Part shown: piece after piece, positions 10,061 to 19,583 of the stretch
How the letters are laid out: each line of letters begins with the position of its first letter
Numbering within the stretch: position 1 is the stretch's first letter
Assembly (NCBI GenBank): GCA_964612665.1
Contig: CAZTCI010000001.1
Span: 316,896 to 380,895, forward strand
Origin: an uncultured Planctomycetales bacterium
GTDB taxonomy: Bacteria; Omnitrophota; Gorgyraeia; Zapsychrales; JAHFFX01
Reading direction: 5' to 3'
Length of the DNA: 64,000 nt
Notes under the pieces: generated by a model
Databases searched by the model: none
Told to the model about the DNA's origin: nothing
What the model saw: the letters and a program-made list of their open reading frames with translations, nothing else
Position numbers and translations under genes: made by a program

Positions 10061-11509
10061 TCATTTACTTTCAATCGGCTTCAAAAGTGGAAACAAAATA
10101 ACATCTCGGATCGACGGAGAATCGGTTAATAACATAACCAACCGGTCAATCCCAATTCCCAATCCGCCCGCCGGCGGCATACCGTATTCGAGCGCGCACA
10201 AAAAATCTTCGTCAATGTTGCGCTGGCCGGTTTCAACATCATCATCAAGATCTTCGACCAAACGTTGACGCTGTTCTAAAGGATCGTTTAACTCCGAATA
10301 AGCGTTGCCGACTTCCAAGCCCGCGACGAAAAATTCAAAACGCTGAGCCAAAAGCGGGTTGTCAGGGCAAGCTTTGGCCAAAGGACTTAGGAACGTAAAA
10401 TAATCAACTAAAAAAACCGGATTGATGTTGGCTTCTTCGTCGAGAAATTCTTCAACGATCTTCATGACCGCCGAACGCGTCAAACGGTCGAGATGGACTT
10501 TGCCGCGCTTCAAACGAACTTTGTCCAACATCGTTTGCGCGTCATCGCCGGGATTAATATCTAATTTTTCTTTAACAATTTTGGCGAACGACCGCCGCGG
10601 CCAGGGAGGCGTGAAATCAATTTCTTGTCCTTGATAGATAACTTTATAAGAACCAGCAATTTCTTTGGCCGCGCCGCTGACAAGTTCTTCAGTCAACTGC
10701 ATCATGTCTTCAAAATTACCGTAGGATTGATAGACTTCGAGCATCGTGAATTCGGGATTATGACGGGTTGAGATGCCTTCGTTGCGGAAGTTGCGGTTAA
10801 GTTCGTAAACTTTTTCTAATCCACCGACGAGAAGGCGCTTTAAATAAAGTTCGGGAGCAATACGCAGGAAGACTTCAGAATCATAAGCATTGTGGATGCT
10901 TTTAAACGGCCGCCCGCGCGCACCGCCGGCCATTGGCTGGAGCATCGGCGTTTCGACTTCCAAAAATCCTTTTGCATCTAAAACGGAACGAATAAAAGAA
11001 ACAATGCGGCTGCGTTTAATAAAAACATCGCGCACTTGCGGATTGGCAATCAGATCGACATAGCGTTGGCGGTAACGGATTTCAACATCTTTAAGGCCGT
11101 GCCATTTTTCCGGAAGTGTCATGAGTGACTTCGACAAAACCATCAAATCCAAAACCCGCACGCTTTCCTGGCCCATGTGCGTTTTAAAAAGTTCACCTTT
11201 AACACCGATGATATCGCCAATGTCTAAGTTTTCAACGATCTCAAAACGCTCGGCGCTAATAATGTCGGACTTGATATAAAGCTGAATCTTGGCGGTTTGG
11301 TCTTGAAGATCCATAAAAACCACCTTGCCATGCTTGCGGTGCGCCATGATGCGGCCGGCTAAGATCACACTTTTATTTTCTTGGAAGGGATTGAGGGCGC
11401 TGGCAATGGATTCAGAACGGTCAAAACGTTGGCCGTAAGGTCGGACACCTTTGGTTTCTAAATTTTTTAGCTTTTCTATTCTAACGTTCTTAATTTCATT
11501 TACTTCCAT
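10061..11509 (-). CDS. lysS: lysine--tRNA ligase (class II)
   Basis: 482 aa with an N-terminal OB anticodon-binding domain and class II motifs (FRNEG, GGLGIGIDRLVMLL). Confidence 0.95.
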   Translation of the reverse strand: MEVNEIKNVRIEKLKNLETKGVRPYGQRFDRSESIASALNPFQENKSVILAGRIMAHRKHGKVVFMDLQDQTAKIQLYIKSDIISAERFEIVENLDIGDIIGVKGELFKTHMGQESVRVLDLMVLSKSLMTLPEKWHGLKDVEIRYRQRYVDLIANPQVRDVFIKRSRIVSFIRSVLDAKGFLEVETPMLQPMAGGARGRPFKSIHNAYDSEVFLRIAPELYLKRLLVGGLEKVYELNRNFRNEGISTRHNPEFTMLEVYQSYGNFEDMMQLTEELVSGAAKEIAGSYKVIYQGQEIDFTPPWPRRSFAKIVKEKLDINPGDDAQTMLDKVRLKRGKVHLDRLTRSAVMKIVEEFLDEEANINPVFLVDYFTFLSPLAKACPDNPLLAQRFEFFVAGLEVGNAYSELNDPLEQRQRLVEDLDDDVETGQRNIDEDFLCALEYGMPPAGGLGIGIDRLVMLLTDSPSIRDVILFPLLKPIESK

Positions 11510-11616
11510 AAAACTCCCAGTGGCTGTAATAAAAATTAATCAAAATTCCTTCTCCCTAAAAAGCTTCAATACCCGACGCTATATCAGGAAGCCCTTGAAA
11601 TAAAAAAGTTGAGGTC

Positions 11617-11645
11617 ATTATATAGAAAAAAAAAATGAGTGTCAA
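11617..11645 (-). promoter_or_regulatory. consensus sigma70-type promoter driving lysS
   Basis: On the minus strand the sequence is TTGACA-N17-TATAAT, a perfect match to both hexamers. It lies about 100 nt upstream of the lysS ATG, and a GGGAG Shine-Dalgarno precedes the start. Confidence 0.5.
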
Positions 11646-11865
11646 TCAAAGTTCGGGTCTTTTTAGGCGGGAAATGAAACAAAAATCACAAAATTTTTGT
11701 GTTATAGAAGCTTTAAACGAACCCAGAAAACAAGGAGGAAAACAACAAAAAGAAAAGCCCACATGGTTAACAAAAATGAATATGGCGGGGATTGAAGAAT
11801 ATCCCTTAAATGCTTAAATGATGGTTTGATCAGGACGCCTTGCTCAATTTTCACTAAGTTTGCTT

Positions 11866-12144
11866 TCAATATTGTTTACGGGAGGCTTTAATACTTTTTT
11901 CAAGTTCTTCAACGGCTTTAAGTGCTTCCTTAAAACCCACCCGATAAATCTGCCGATAAACCTGAATAGCAACCGCCTTCTCTCCGCTTGTCAAAAGCCG
12001 TTTCACATCAAATAAAGTTGCTCTGCCGGCAGGAGGATAAAGACCTTTTTTTCTGGCCCGCTGTATATGCAACAGCCATGAGGCCCGGGTAAGAACCAGG
12101 GTGCAGAAAATAATGACACCAGTTAATATAAAAAAAACAATCAT
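11866..12144 (-). CDS. small membrane-anchored hypothetical protein
   Basis: 92 aa with an N-terminal TM helix and a charged C-terminal region. Confidence 0.4.
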   Translation of the reverse strand: MIVFFILTGVIIFCTLVLTRASWLLHIQRARKKGLYPPAGRATLFDVKRLLTSGEKAVAIQVYRQIYRVGFKEALKAVEELEKSIKASRKQY

Positions 12145-12145
12145 C

Positions 12146-12556
12146 TTACTTAGAATCCTGCTTAGCAGTAAAAAATCTCAATAATCTTTCATACCAAGAC
12201 GGCCGCGGCGAGAAATCGAAGTGCGACAAGATAAGTGGCTCTTTTATGGCTTCCTTTTTTTCCAATTGAACAATGAGGTACTCGGCTAACTTCGGCCATT
12301 TTTCTTGATTAATACCTTCATAAAATCCCGGGAATCCCTGTTTAACTTCGGACATCCAGGCATCCCAAAAAGTCCAGGCAATCATGAGATCTGGAGGATT
12401 GTCTGGAAAATGTTCATCAAAGTCGTCATAATCCAAGCCCATTTTATCATAGGCATTTTGGGTGTGCAGAATTTGATCGCGTTTTAAACGTTTGATAATT
12501 AAAATCCGCGATGTTTGATAATCAAATTTCTTGAGCTGTGGCATGGTGTGATACAA
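12146..12556 (-). CDS. hypothetical cytoplasmic protein
   Basis: 136 aa acidic protein rich in aromatic residues (DYDDFDEHFPDNPPDLMIAWTFWDAWM). No recognised motif. Confidence 0.4.
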   Translation of the reverse strand: MYHTMPQLKKFDYQTSRILIIKRLKRDQILHTQNAYDKMGLDYDDFDEHFPDNPPDLMIAWTFWDAWMSEVKQGFPGFYEGINQEKWPKLAEYLIVQLEKKEAIKEPLILSHFDFSPRPSWYERLLRFFTAKQDSK

Positions 12557-12598
12557 AGTAATTTTTATTTGGGACGGGGGAGAACGGAGCGTTAAAGA

Positions 12599-13078
12599 TT
12601 ATTCCTTGTCACTTAACAAGGCATCACGGCGGCTAACGCTTTTATCTGGGGTTATATTCTTGGAAGGCATTTTAAAAACAATGACCGCAAAAATGACCGC
12701 GCACAACGCAGCTTTATACCATCCGATTCCAATCAACATCCCAAGTGACGAAGAAAACCAAATGCTTGCGGCTGTTGTTAAATTTATAATCTGCCCTTCC
12801 TGCCTTTTTAAAATAATCCCAGCTCCCAAAAACCCGATACCTGAAACAATTTGGGCCGCTATTCTCCCCGGCGACCCGGCATCCATCATAACTGAAAGAA
12901 CCGTAAAAGTCATTGATCCCGCGATCACAAAGGTGTGTGTGCTAATTCCGGCGGCCTTTCCACGGGATTCACGTTCAGATCCAATTAAAAGGCCGGCCAA
13001 TAATGAAATAACTAATTTAATAACAAAACTAAATTCAGCGCTTGCTACAAATCTTTCGAAGGCATCCGTAAAATCCAT
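12599..13078 (-). CDS. mgtC: MgtC/SapB-family membrane protein
   Basis: 159 aa with the MgtC N-terminal signature LLAGLLIGSERE and 4-5 TM helices. Confidence 0.75.
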   Translation of the reverse strand: MDFTDAFERFVASAEFSFVIKLVISLLAGLLIGSERESRGKAAGISTHTFVIAGSMTFTVLSVMMDAGSPGRIAAQIVSGIGFLGAGIILKRQEGQIINLTTAASIWFSSSLGMLIGIGWYKAALCAVIFAVIVFKMPSKNITPDKSVSRRDALLSDKE

Positions 13079-13218
13079 TGCGTCTCAATCCTGATATAAT
13101 TGTAAGAGATTTTCTAAAAATCAGTCATTAGAATTAATTTATAATTTCATATTATTCCAAATGCTTCTAGCGTCAAACGTTTTTTAAGAGTTTTTTTGTT
13201 TCTGGTTCTCTTTGTCTT

Positions 13219-13806
13219 TCAAATTTTATCTTTCGGCATGGGCTGATCTGAATTGCTAGAAGTATTTTGGACGCGGTTTTCGTTATCATCTTGAAGCATG
13301 ATAACTCCGCAGCCGATACGGCCGCCGGCATTTCCCGTCGGTTGACCGAAATCGTCTTCTTTTTCATGAAGGATAACGGCTTTGCCTTCCACGTTATGTT
13401 TATCTCCAGTCAAAGCTAATCCTGGGATAAAAATTTTTAAAATTCCGGTGCCATCAGCGCTGACTTCTATATTCCCAAAATCTCCGGCGTGAGCATGATC
13501 AAAACCATCTTTAGTGACGAGGCCGTGCGGTGTTTTATCCGGGTTATAATGACTTCCGGCGGCATTGCCTTTGTCTGAACAATCACCTTTTTCGTGAATA
13601 TGAAACCCATGTTTGCCCGGCGAGACGTTAGCGACTTTGAGTTCAACTTCTAATCCATTGTCTTTTTCATTAAAAGTCGCTTGACCATTGACATTGGAAC
13701 CTTCCTGCGTACCAGTAATAAGCGCAACGCCTTTGGCCGCAAAAACTGGCGATGCGAAAACCATTGTCCCGGTTAAAACCATCCACATTGGTAATTTATT
13801 CTTCAT
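13219..13806 (-). CDS. sodC: periplasmic Cu/Zn superoxide dismutase
   Basis: Signal peptide followed by a Cu/Zn-SOD copper-binding His cluster (HGFHIHEKGDC) and the C-terminal motif GNAGGRIGCGVI. Confidence 0.9.
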   Translation of the reverse strand: MKNKLPMWMVLTGTMVFASPVFAAKGVALITGTQEGSNVNGQATFNEKDNGLEVELKVANVSPGKHGFHIHEKGDCSDKGNAAGSHYNPDKTPHGLVTKDGFDHAHAGDFGNIEVSADGTGILKIFIPGLALTGDKHNVEGKAVILHEKEDDFGQPTGNAGGRIGCGVIMLQDDNENRVQNTSSNSDQPMPKDKI

Positions 13807-13876
13807 CGTTTTTCCTCCTGTTTTAAAAAACTTACGATCAGTAATTTATTCTTTTAGACATCCAATTTGATACTTT

Positions 13877-14629
13877 CTAAGAATTGAAGAAAAACATAAA
13901 TCCACTGAGTAGAAAATATATTCCAGAGATCATCTCGATTAATCGAGTTGTCTTTCCTAGCCTATAATTTGAATATGGGTTGCTTAATAAAAGGTAAAGC
14001 CCTAAAGCAATACTGATTAAACTTCGGACCAACCGACGATCTAATACTGCAGTTCTTGGACTATAGGATAGAAAATAAAAAACAATCATAATCACGGATG
14101 GCACTGCTGCCAACGTTAAATAAAAAAAGAAGGGATTTTGATATAATAAAAACCACCACTCACGCTTTTCTTGCCACATTGCTGATGTCTTCCTTTTAAC
14201 TTGCTCAATTATTCCTGTCATGTTTTCAAATCCCGAAATATCCATGCGATTTTCGGAACCAATACAAGAAATGTTTAATAATTGATTTCGGTGATCAATC
14301 CATAATTCACCGCTGGTAATTTCGGCAAATGCTATTTTCTGAGTATATTGTTCCTTCAATAACTCTAAACCATCCTTTGATATTATTAATTTTCTGTCGG
14401 CGGACATGGCTTGTCGTTTTTTACGGCCCAAAAATGCAACCATCCCAAAGAAGATTCCACCAGCAATAAAAGCTGAAGATTTATCTGGGTGAGAACTGTA
14501 AAAGAAACTACCAACTGTTACCCAAGTCCCAACAGCCGTCGCCATGGCGAAGAATCTTTGTCGGATCTTAGATTGTTCAGCTTTTTCCATTACAAATATT
14601 TGTTTATCACCGGCCATCTCCATGATCAA
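13877..14629 (-). CDS. hypothetical integral membrane protein
   Basis: 250 aa with several TM segments and no recognised domain. Confidence 0.45.
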   Translation of the reverse strand: MIMEMAGDKQIFVMEKAEQSKIRQRFFAMATAVGTWVTVGSFFYSSHPDKSSAFIAGGIFFGMVAFLGRKKRQAMSADRKLIISKDGLELLKEQYTQKIAFAEITSGELWIDHRNQLLNISCIGSENRMDISGFENMTGIIEQVKRKTSAMWQEKREWWFLLYQNPFFFYLTLAAVPSVIMIVFYFLSYSPRTAVLDRRLVRSLISIALGLYLLLSNPYSNYRLGKTTRLIEMISGIYFLLSGFMFFFNS

Positions 14630-14641
14630 CTCTCCTCCTCT

Positions 14642-15457
14642 TTACACCGCCACAATACAAATCCCGCCGCGATTCGCCATTTGAATAGTTTTGTCGCGGT
14701 CGATTAAAAGTGTTTGACCAGATTCAATCGCAAGGCAGCCAGCTTTCGCTTTGATCATATGCTGAATTGTCCGCGGACCGACGACGGGAATGTCAAAACG
14801 GTTATCTTGTTTGGGTTTCGCCATCTTAACCACGACCGCGCCTTGACGGGAAATTTTTCCACCGCGCACAATCGTTTGATCGGTGCCTTCCATGGCTTCA
14901 ATCGCCACAATCGCTTTATCCTTAATGATAACCGTCTGGCCAACATCCAACGCACCCATGGCTTTGGCAATGCCGCGGCCGAATTCGATGTCTTCTAATT
15001 CTTTTATCGTCGGCGCGCGTTTGGTTAACGTTCCTTTGGGCGCCAAATAATCATTTAACAAGGAGGTCGAATCGAGAAGTTCCATGCCCTCCGATTTCAA
15101 TTTTTCCGCAACCGCCCGAAAAATCGTATCCGCTTTACGGTCTTTAAGGGCCACGAACAAATTTTTAAATTCATGATCCAGCGCTAATTTTTCATCAAAG
15201 AGATTATTGGGATTAACTTGTCCGGCCATAATGACTTTCTGAACACTGTGCTTTCGGAAATAATCAAAGAGCCGCCTTAATTCACCCGGTCCAAGCCAGA
15301 TTAACTCGTCGACGAATAATTTGATTAAAAAAGAGGTGTCGCCTTTGATGGCTGCAGTGACCACTTTGAGATTTTTGGCTTTGGCGCTACGGGCAAAGAG
15401 GAGGGGAAATTTTCCATTGCCGGCAATTAAACCGATTGGTTGAGGTGAGCTCGACAT
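14642..15457 (-). CDS. lpxI: UDP-2,3-diacylglucosamine pyrophosphatase LpxI (DUF1009 family)
   Basis: N-terminal IGLIAGNGKFPLL motif typical of LpxI. Located directly after lpxA in the lipid A cluster. Confidence 0.7.
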   Translation of the reverse strand: MSSSPQPIGLIAGNGKFPLLFARSAKAKNLKVVTAAIKGDTSFLIKLFVDELIWLGPGELRRLFDYFRKHSVQKVIMAGQVNPNNLFDEKLALDHEFKNLFVALKDRKADTIFRAVAEKLKSEGMELLDSTSLLNDYLAPKGTLTKRAPTIKELEDIEFGRGIAKAMGALDVGQTVIIKDKAIVAIEAMEGTDQTIVRGGKISRQGAVVVKMAKPKQDNRFDIPVVGPRTIQHMIKAKAGCLAIESGQTLLIDRDKTIQMANRGGICIVAV

Positions 15458-15511
15458 GTTTATTTTGAGTTCTAAAACTTAAGAAAGGCAAAATTTTAAA
15501 GACTTTAATCA

Positions 15512-16321
15512 CTAACTGCAAAGGCCGCGCTTGGAGGTCTTAACAAACTCAATCAAATGTTTTAATTGAGGATTGAGCGTAAATTCCTTTTCAATTCTTT
15601 CGAGGGCATGGGATTTTGTGAGTCCGGAATTAAAAAGAATTTTGAAAGCTTTGCGTAACGCATTGATTGTTTCCGAGGAGAATTGGGCTCGTTTTAAGCC
15701 GATGGAATTAATATTAAACACCTTGGCCGGATGTCCGTCGCACATAGAAAAAGGCGGAATGTCTTGAACTACTTTAGAACATCCGCCCACGATTGATAAT
15801 TCTCCCAAACGGACAAATTGATGGACAGCAGTCAATCCGCCGACGACCGCCATGTCTTCGAGCGTCACATGCCCGGCAAGGGTTCCGGCATTTGCCATGA
15901 CGCAGTTATCGCCGATATGACAATCATGCGCGACATGCGCATACGCCATAAAAAGATTATTATGACCGATCGTTGTTTTCCCTTCGATACCTGTTCCAGG
16001 ATTTACCGTCGTGTATTCCCGGAAAATATTATTATCCCCAATTGTCAAATAAACTTTTTCCTGGCCATTATATTTTTTATCTTGAGGAACGCTGCCGATA
16101 ACCGCGCCGGTAAAAAATTGGCAATTCTTACCGATCATTGTGTGGCCGGTCAAAACACAGTGATTGCCGACTTGGCAACCTTCGCCTAATACAACATTTC
16201 CGTCGATGATCGCATAGGGGCCTACACTTACGCCTGGACCTAATTCTGCCTTGGGATCAACGACTGCGGTTTTGTGAATTTGTATATCGTCATCCATTTT
16301 TGATTGCAACGCTAAGCTCAT
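15512..16321 (-). CDS. lpxA: acyl-ACP--UDP-N-acetylglucosamine O-acyltransferase LpxA
   Basis: Left-handed beta-helix hexapeptide repeats with N-terminal IHKTAVVDPKAELG. The C-terminal LpxA helical domain is present. The true start is probably the internal Met near 16297. Confidence 0.9.
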   Translation of the reverse strand: MSLALQSKMDDDIQIHKTAVVDPKAELGPGVSVGPYAIIDGNVVLGEGCQVGNHCVLTGHTMIGKNCQFFTGAVIGSVPQDKKYNGQEKVYLTIGDNNIFREYTTVNPGTGIEGKTTIGHNNLFMAYAHVAHDCHIGDNCVMANAGTLAGHVTLEDMAVVGGLTAVHQFVRLGELSIVGGCSKVVQDIPPFSMCDGHPAKVFNINSIGLKRAQFSSETINALRKAFKILFNSGLTKSHALERIEKEFTLNPQLKHLIEFVKTSKRGLCS

Positions 16322-16335
16322 TACATTTCCTCTAC

Positions 16336-17673
16336 TTAATCCAAGTATGAAGCATCAGTGAATGAAAACATCATGTCTGCCTGCGCCACAACTTCACCAT
16401 TGACTTTTGCCTCGGCGTAAATCTGCGCGGTTCTACTGCGGTCACGGACGACCTTGGCATCTAAAATCAACTGATCCCCGGGGACCACGACTTTTCTAAA
16501 TTTTACATTATCCACCGACATAAAAAAAGCAACTTTTCCATGATGTTCTTCGTTGGTTAAAATAGCCACACCAGCCGCCTGGGCCAGGGCTTCAATCATT
16601 AAAACACCCGGCATCACCGGCCGGCTCGGGAAATGCCCCTGAAAAAAATTGTCGTTGATCGTAACATTCTTAACCCCGACGGCTCTTTTACCTTTTTCTA
16701 ATTCAATAATCCTGTCGACGAGCAAAAACGGATACCGGTGCGGCAGAATTTTCATAATGCCGTTAATGTCAATTTCTTTAGAATTTCCGATATCATAACG
16801 CACGCTGGAACCATTATTATTTTGATACTTCAACCGCTGCTGATTGATGCGCTTTAAAAGCGCCATATTTAAAGTATGCCCGCTTTTAACCGCAACGACG
16901 TGGCCGCGAATGGGTTTTCCCAAAAGATATAAATCGCCGATGACATCAAGGACTTTATGACGCGCAAACTCGTCGGGAAAACGCAGGTTGTTGTTTTTGA
17001 CGCCCTTGTTGCCGATAACCAATGTGTTCTCGTAATTAGCACCCTTGCCTAATCCGCGGTTCATCAAATCTTCCGCCTCCTGTTCCAAACAAAACGTACG
17101 GCACGGCGCGATCTCACGTTCAAAACTTATCTGATCAACTTTAATGGAAAAGAACTGCGCCTGCAGCGCCGGATGATTATAATCCAGCGTGTAGGAAACC
17201 ATCAAATCAGTAGCTGGCGCAGCAAAAATAGACGAGCCATTATTCTCGACGGCGATTGGTTCTCGGATGTCAAAATATTCTCGGGGAGAATCTTGATTAA
17301 GGATACCAGCGGCTTTAAGCATTTTCAAGAAATCTAAACCGCTCCCGTCAAGCCCAGGAAGTTCGTTATTATCTATTTCAATCGTCAAATTGTCAATACC
17401 GAGTCCGGCGAGAACGGATAAAAGATGTTCAACCGTATGGATGACAACATTATTACGGCCAATGGTTGTGCATCGCGGAACGCCGGAATTTATAATAACA
17501 TTTTCTGGGCTGACGTGGATGGAATGTTTATCAGGTAAATCAATGCGGATAAAAACAATGCCGGTTTTAACCGGCGCTGGTTTAAAATGAAGCCGGACAG
17601 GATTGCCGGTATGCAGTCCGATGCCGGATAGAGAGAAAGGTGATTGAATTGTTTTTTGCTGGTCGGTTGTCAT
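16336..17673 (-). CDS. lpxC-fabZ: bifunctional UDP-3-O-acyl-GlcNAc deacetylase LpxC / 3-hydroxyacyl-ACP dehydratase FabZ fusion
   Basis: The N-terminal roughly 280 aa is LpxC-like (SGIGLHTG, zinc-binding His/Asp). The C-terminal roughly 150 aa is a FabZ hotdog domain (LPHRYPFLLVDRI...GHFP). Confidence 0.9.
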   Translation of the reverse strand: MTTDQQKTIQSPFSLSGIGLHTGNPVRLHFKPAPVKTGIVFIRIDLPDKHSIHVSPENVIINSGVPRCTTIGRNNVVIHTVEHLLSVLAGLGIDNLTIEIDNNELPGLDGSGLDFLKMLKAAGILNQDSPREYFDIREPIAVENNGSSIFAAPATDLMVSYTLDYNHPALQAQFFSIKVDQISFEREIAPCRTFCLEQEAEDLMNRGLGKGANYENTLVIGNKGVKNNNLRFPDEFARHKVLDVIGDLYLLGKPIRGHVVAVKSGHTLNMALLKRINQQRLKYQNNNGSSVRYDIGNSKEIDINGIMKILPHRYPFLLVDRIIELEKGKRAVGVKNVTINDNFFQGHFPSRPVMPGVLMIEALAQAAGVAILTNEEHHGKVAFFMSVDNVKFRKVVVPGDQLILDAKVVRDRSRTAQIYAEAKVNGEVVAQADMMFSFTDASYLD

Positions 17674-17681
17674 TTAAAGAA

Positions 17682-18764
17682 TTATGCGTTATCTTTTTTC
17701 TTTTTAGATTTTAATTCGTTCTCTAGAGCGCTCACCCGCGCTTTTAATTCTTCGATCATATCAAAAGTTTCGGGAAGCCGTCGATAATGAACTTTCAAAC
17801 GTTTGGCCAGCATATGCGGTTGAGCTGGAAACCCAAAAACAGTTGTATGCGCCGGAACAGATTTTGTGACGCCGGCTTTGGAGGCCACAATGGCACCTTC
17901 ACCGATTGTCAAATGCCCGGCGACACCGGATTGCCCGGCGAGAATCGCGTTTTTTTCAATCACGACACTTCCGGAAATACCAACCTGGGCAATGATAAGA
18001 CAATTTTCACCAATGATAACGTTGTGTGCAATGTGAACTAAATTATCAATTTTCGTTCCCCGGCCGATCAAAGTTTTATCAAACCGTGCGCGATCAATGG
18101 TCACACAAGACCCGATCTCAACATCATCTTCAATAACAACTGTGCCTATTTGCGGGATTTTTGAGTGAACACCTTTTTTATCCGTCGTAAAACCAAATCC
18201 ATCTGAACCAATGACAGCGCCGCTGTGAATGATAACTCGATTGCCAATTAAAACTCTTTCTCTGACCGTCGTATTTGGCGCCAGACTGACGTCAGTTCCA
18301 ATTTTGGTGTCATAACCAATAAAAGAACACGCATGTATACTCGAATTGTCGCCAATAATCACATTCTCTTCGATGACCACATAAGGGCCGATGGCAACGT
18401 TTTTTCCTAATTTTGCACTATCAGCGATGATCGCTGTTTTATGAATCCCTTGGAGTGGTTTGGTGGCGGCCATTCCTGTCATCCAGGAAACGGCCTTGGC
18501 GAAAGCCCCCGACGGGTTCGCAGTACGAATGACCGGTTTGCCTTGTACTTTCATATCACTCGGAATAATAATGGCCGAAGCTTTTGTTTTGGGAATGAAT
18601 CGAAAATATTTTGGTTCAGCCACAAAAGTCAAATCACCTTCTTGACTTTCTTTAATACCGCATAAACCGGTGATGACAAGGTTTCCATCACCAATAACTT
18701 CTCCCTCGACATATTCAGCAATCTGACCTAAAGTTTTCGTCATTCCTGTGAACCTCATACACAC
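17682..18764 (-). CDS. lpxD: UDP-3-O-acylglucosamine N-acyltransferase LpxD
   Basis: N-terminal LpxD domain ([17 protein letters not shown]) followed by long hexapeptide-repeat beta-helix. Confidence 0.9.
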   Translation of the reverse strand: MCMRFTGMTKTLGQIAEYVEGEVIGDGNLVITGLCGIKESQEGDLTFVAEPKYFRFIPKTKASAIIIPSDMKVQGKPVIRTANPSGAFAKAVSWMTGMAATKPLQGIHKTAIIADSAKLGKNVAIGPYVVIEENVIIGDNSSIHACSFIGYDTKIGTDVSLAPNTTVRERVLIGNRVIIHSGAVIGSDGFGFTTDKKGVHSKIPQIGTVVIEDDVEIGSCVTIDRARFDKTLIGRGTKIDNLVHIAHNVIIGENCLIIAQVGISGSVVIEKNAILAGQSGVAGHLTIGEGAIVASKAGVTKSVPAHTTVFGFPAQPHMLAKRLKVHYRRLPETFDMIEELKARVSALENELKSKKKKDNA

Positions 18765-18788
18765 CTGCTAAAAGGCGGTAGCACATAT

Positions 18789-18830
18789 GGGCTGGCCCCG
18801 TTCCGTCTTTTGCTCGGAGCGGGGCCAGCC
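18789..18830 (-). terminator. GC-rich hairpin downstream of skp, possible terminator
   Basis: Inverted repeat gggctggccccg / cggggccagcc (11 of 12 bp) with a 19-nt loop. On the minus strand it is followed by the U-containing stretch ccgccuuuuagc. Confidence 0.35.
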
Positions 18831-18869
18831 TACAGCATGCCTCGCTAATACAAATTAATCTTTCAAATC

Positions 18870-19457
18870 TTATTTCTTGGGCTCGTCCTTGGCACCAGTG
18901 TCTTTAGAGCCTTCATTTAACAGCTTAAGGATTTTCTCCGTGATATCCATATCTTTATTCGCGTAGATCAAAACACGGTCATTAAAAATCATAGCGTATT
19001 TTTCTTTCTCGGCAAAAGTACGAACGACCTTTTCGATTTCTAAAAGAATTTCACGGATTTTTTCATCGCGTTGTTTCTTAAGATCGGTTTGCTGCTGGCG
19101 GTCAAACTCGAGAAGATCGGCGCGTTGTTTATCCATCTCTTCTTGAAGTTTGGCCTTTTCGGCGTCTTTAAGAAGCGCTAATTTGTTTTGCGCTTCACGA
19201 ATTTTGTCCAGCTTTTTATTGCGAGCGTCTTCATATTCAGAATGTTTTTTTTCTAAAATCGCGTCATACTCTTTCGTTTTCGAATAATTGTCAAACAACA
19301 GACTTAAATCAACGTATGCGACTTTTTTGCCCTCCAGGCTTTGAGCATGAACCGCCGTGGTTAAGGACAGACCTACAATTGTGGCGATAGATAAAATCTT
19401 AAGCTTGTTCACGATGACAACCTCCTTTAAAATACACCCCGAATTTTTATACATCAA
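18870..19457 (-). CDS. skp: periplasmic chaperone Skp/OmpH
   Basis: Signal peptide followed by a long coiled-coil, lysine- and glutamate-rich, OmpH-like region. Located between bamA and lpxD. Confidence 0.8.
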   Translation of the reverse strand: MMYKNSGCILKEVVIVNKLKILSIATIVGLSLTTAVHAQSLEGKKVAYVDLSLLFDNYSKTKEYDAILEKKHSEYEDARNKKLDKIREAQNKLALLKDAEKAKLQEEMDKQRADLLEFDRQQQTDLKKQRDEKIREILLEIEKVVRTFAEKEKYAMIFNDRVLIYANKDMDITEKILKLLNEGSKDTGAKDEPKK

Positions 19458-19583
19458 CAGATTTAAATCTCATTTTTCGTTTGCCGAGTATAAAAAAATC
19501 CCCTTCAGATTTGGCAGGATTGTGGATCTATGAAAGGGCTGTTTTGTTGTCGGGTGATTTGTGTTTGTTTAGTTGTTAATTTT

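Noticed and set aside
11510-11616. Possible T-box or lysine riboswitch in the lysS leader
   Set aside because: No T-box consensus (AATTAGGGTGGNACCGCG) and no L-box conserved helices. The leader is only about 100 nt.
11635-11817. 60-aa plus-strand ORF in the long lysS upstream gap
   Set aside because: It begins inside the reverse-strand consensus promoter. It is Gln/Lys-rich with low complexity, has no Shine-Dalgarno, and is opposite to every neighbouring gene. More likely noncoding leader or spacer.
13080-13218. AT-rich 140-nt spacer between sodC and mgtC, and the 64-aa ORF 13173-13367
   Set aside because: The ORF overlaps the sodC 3' end in another frame and looks spurious. The spacer shows only generic AT-rich promoter-like sequence, with no discrete motif I could defend.
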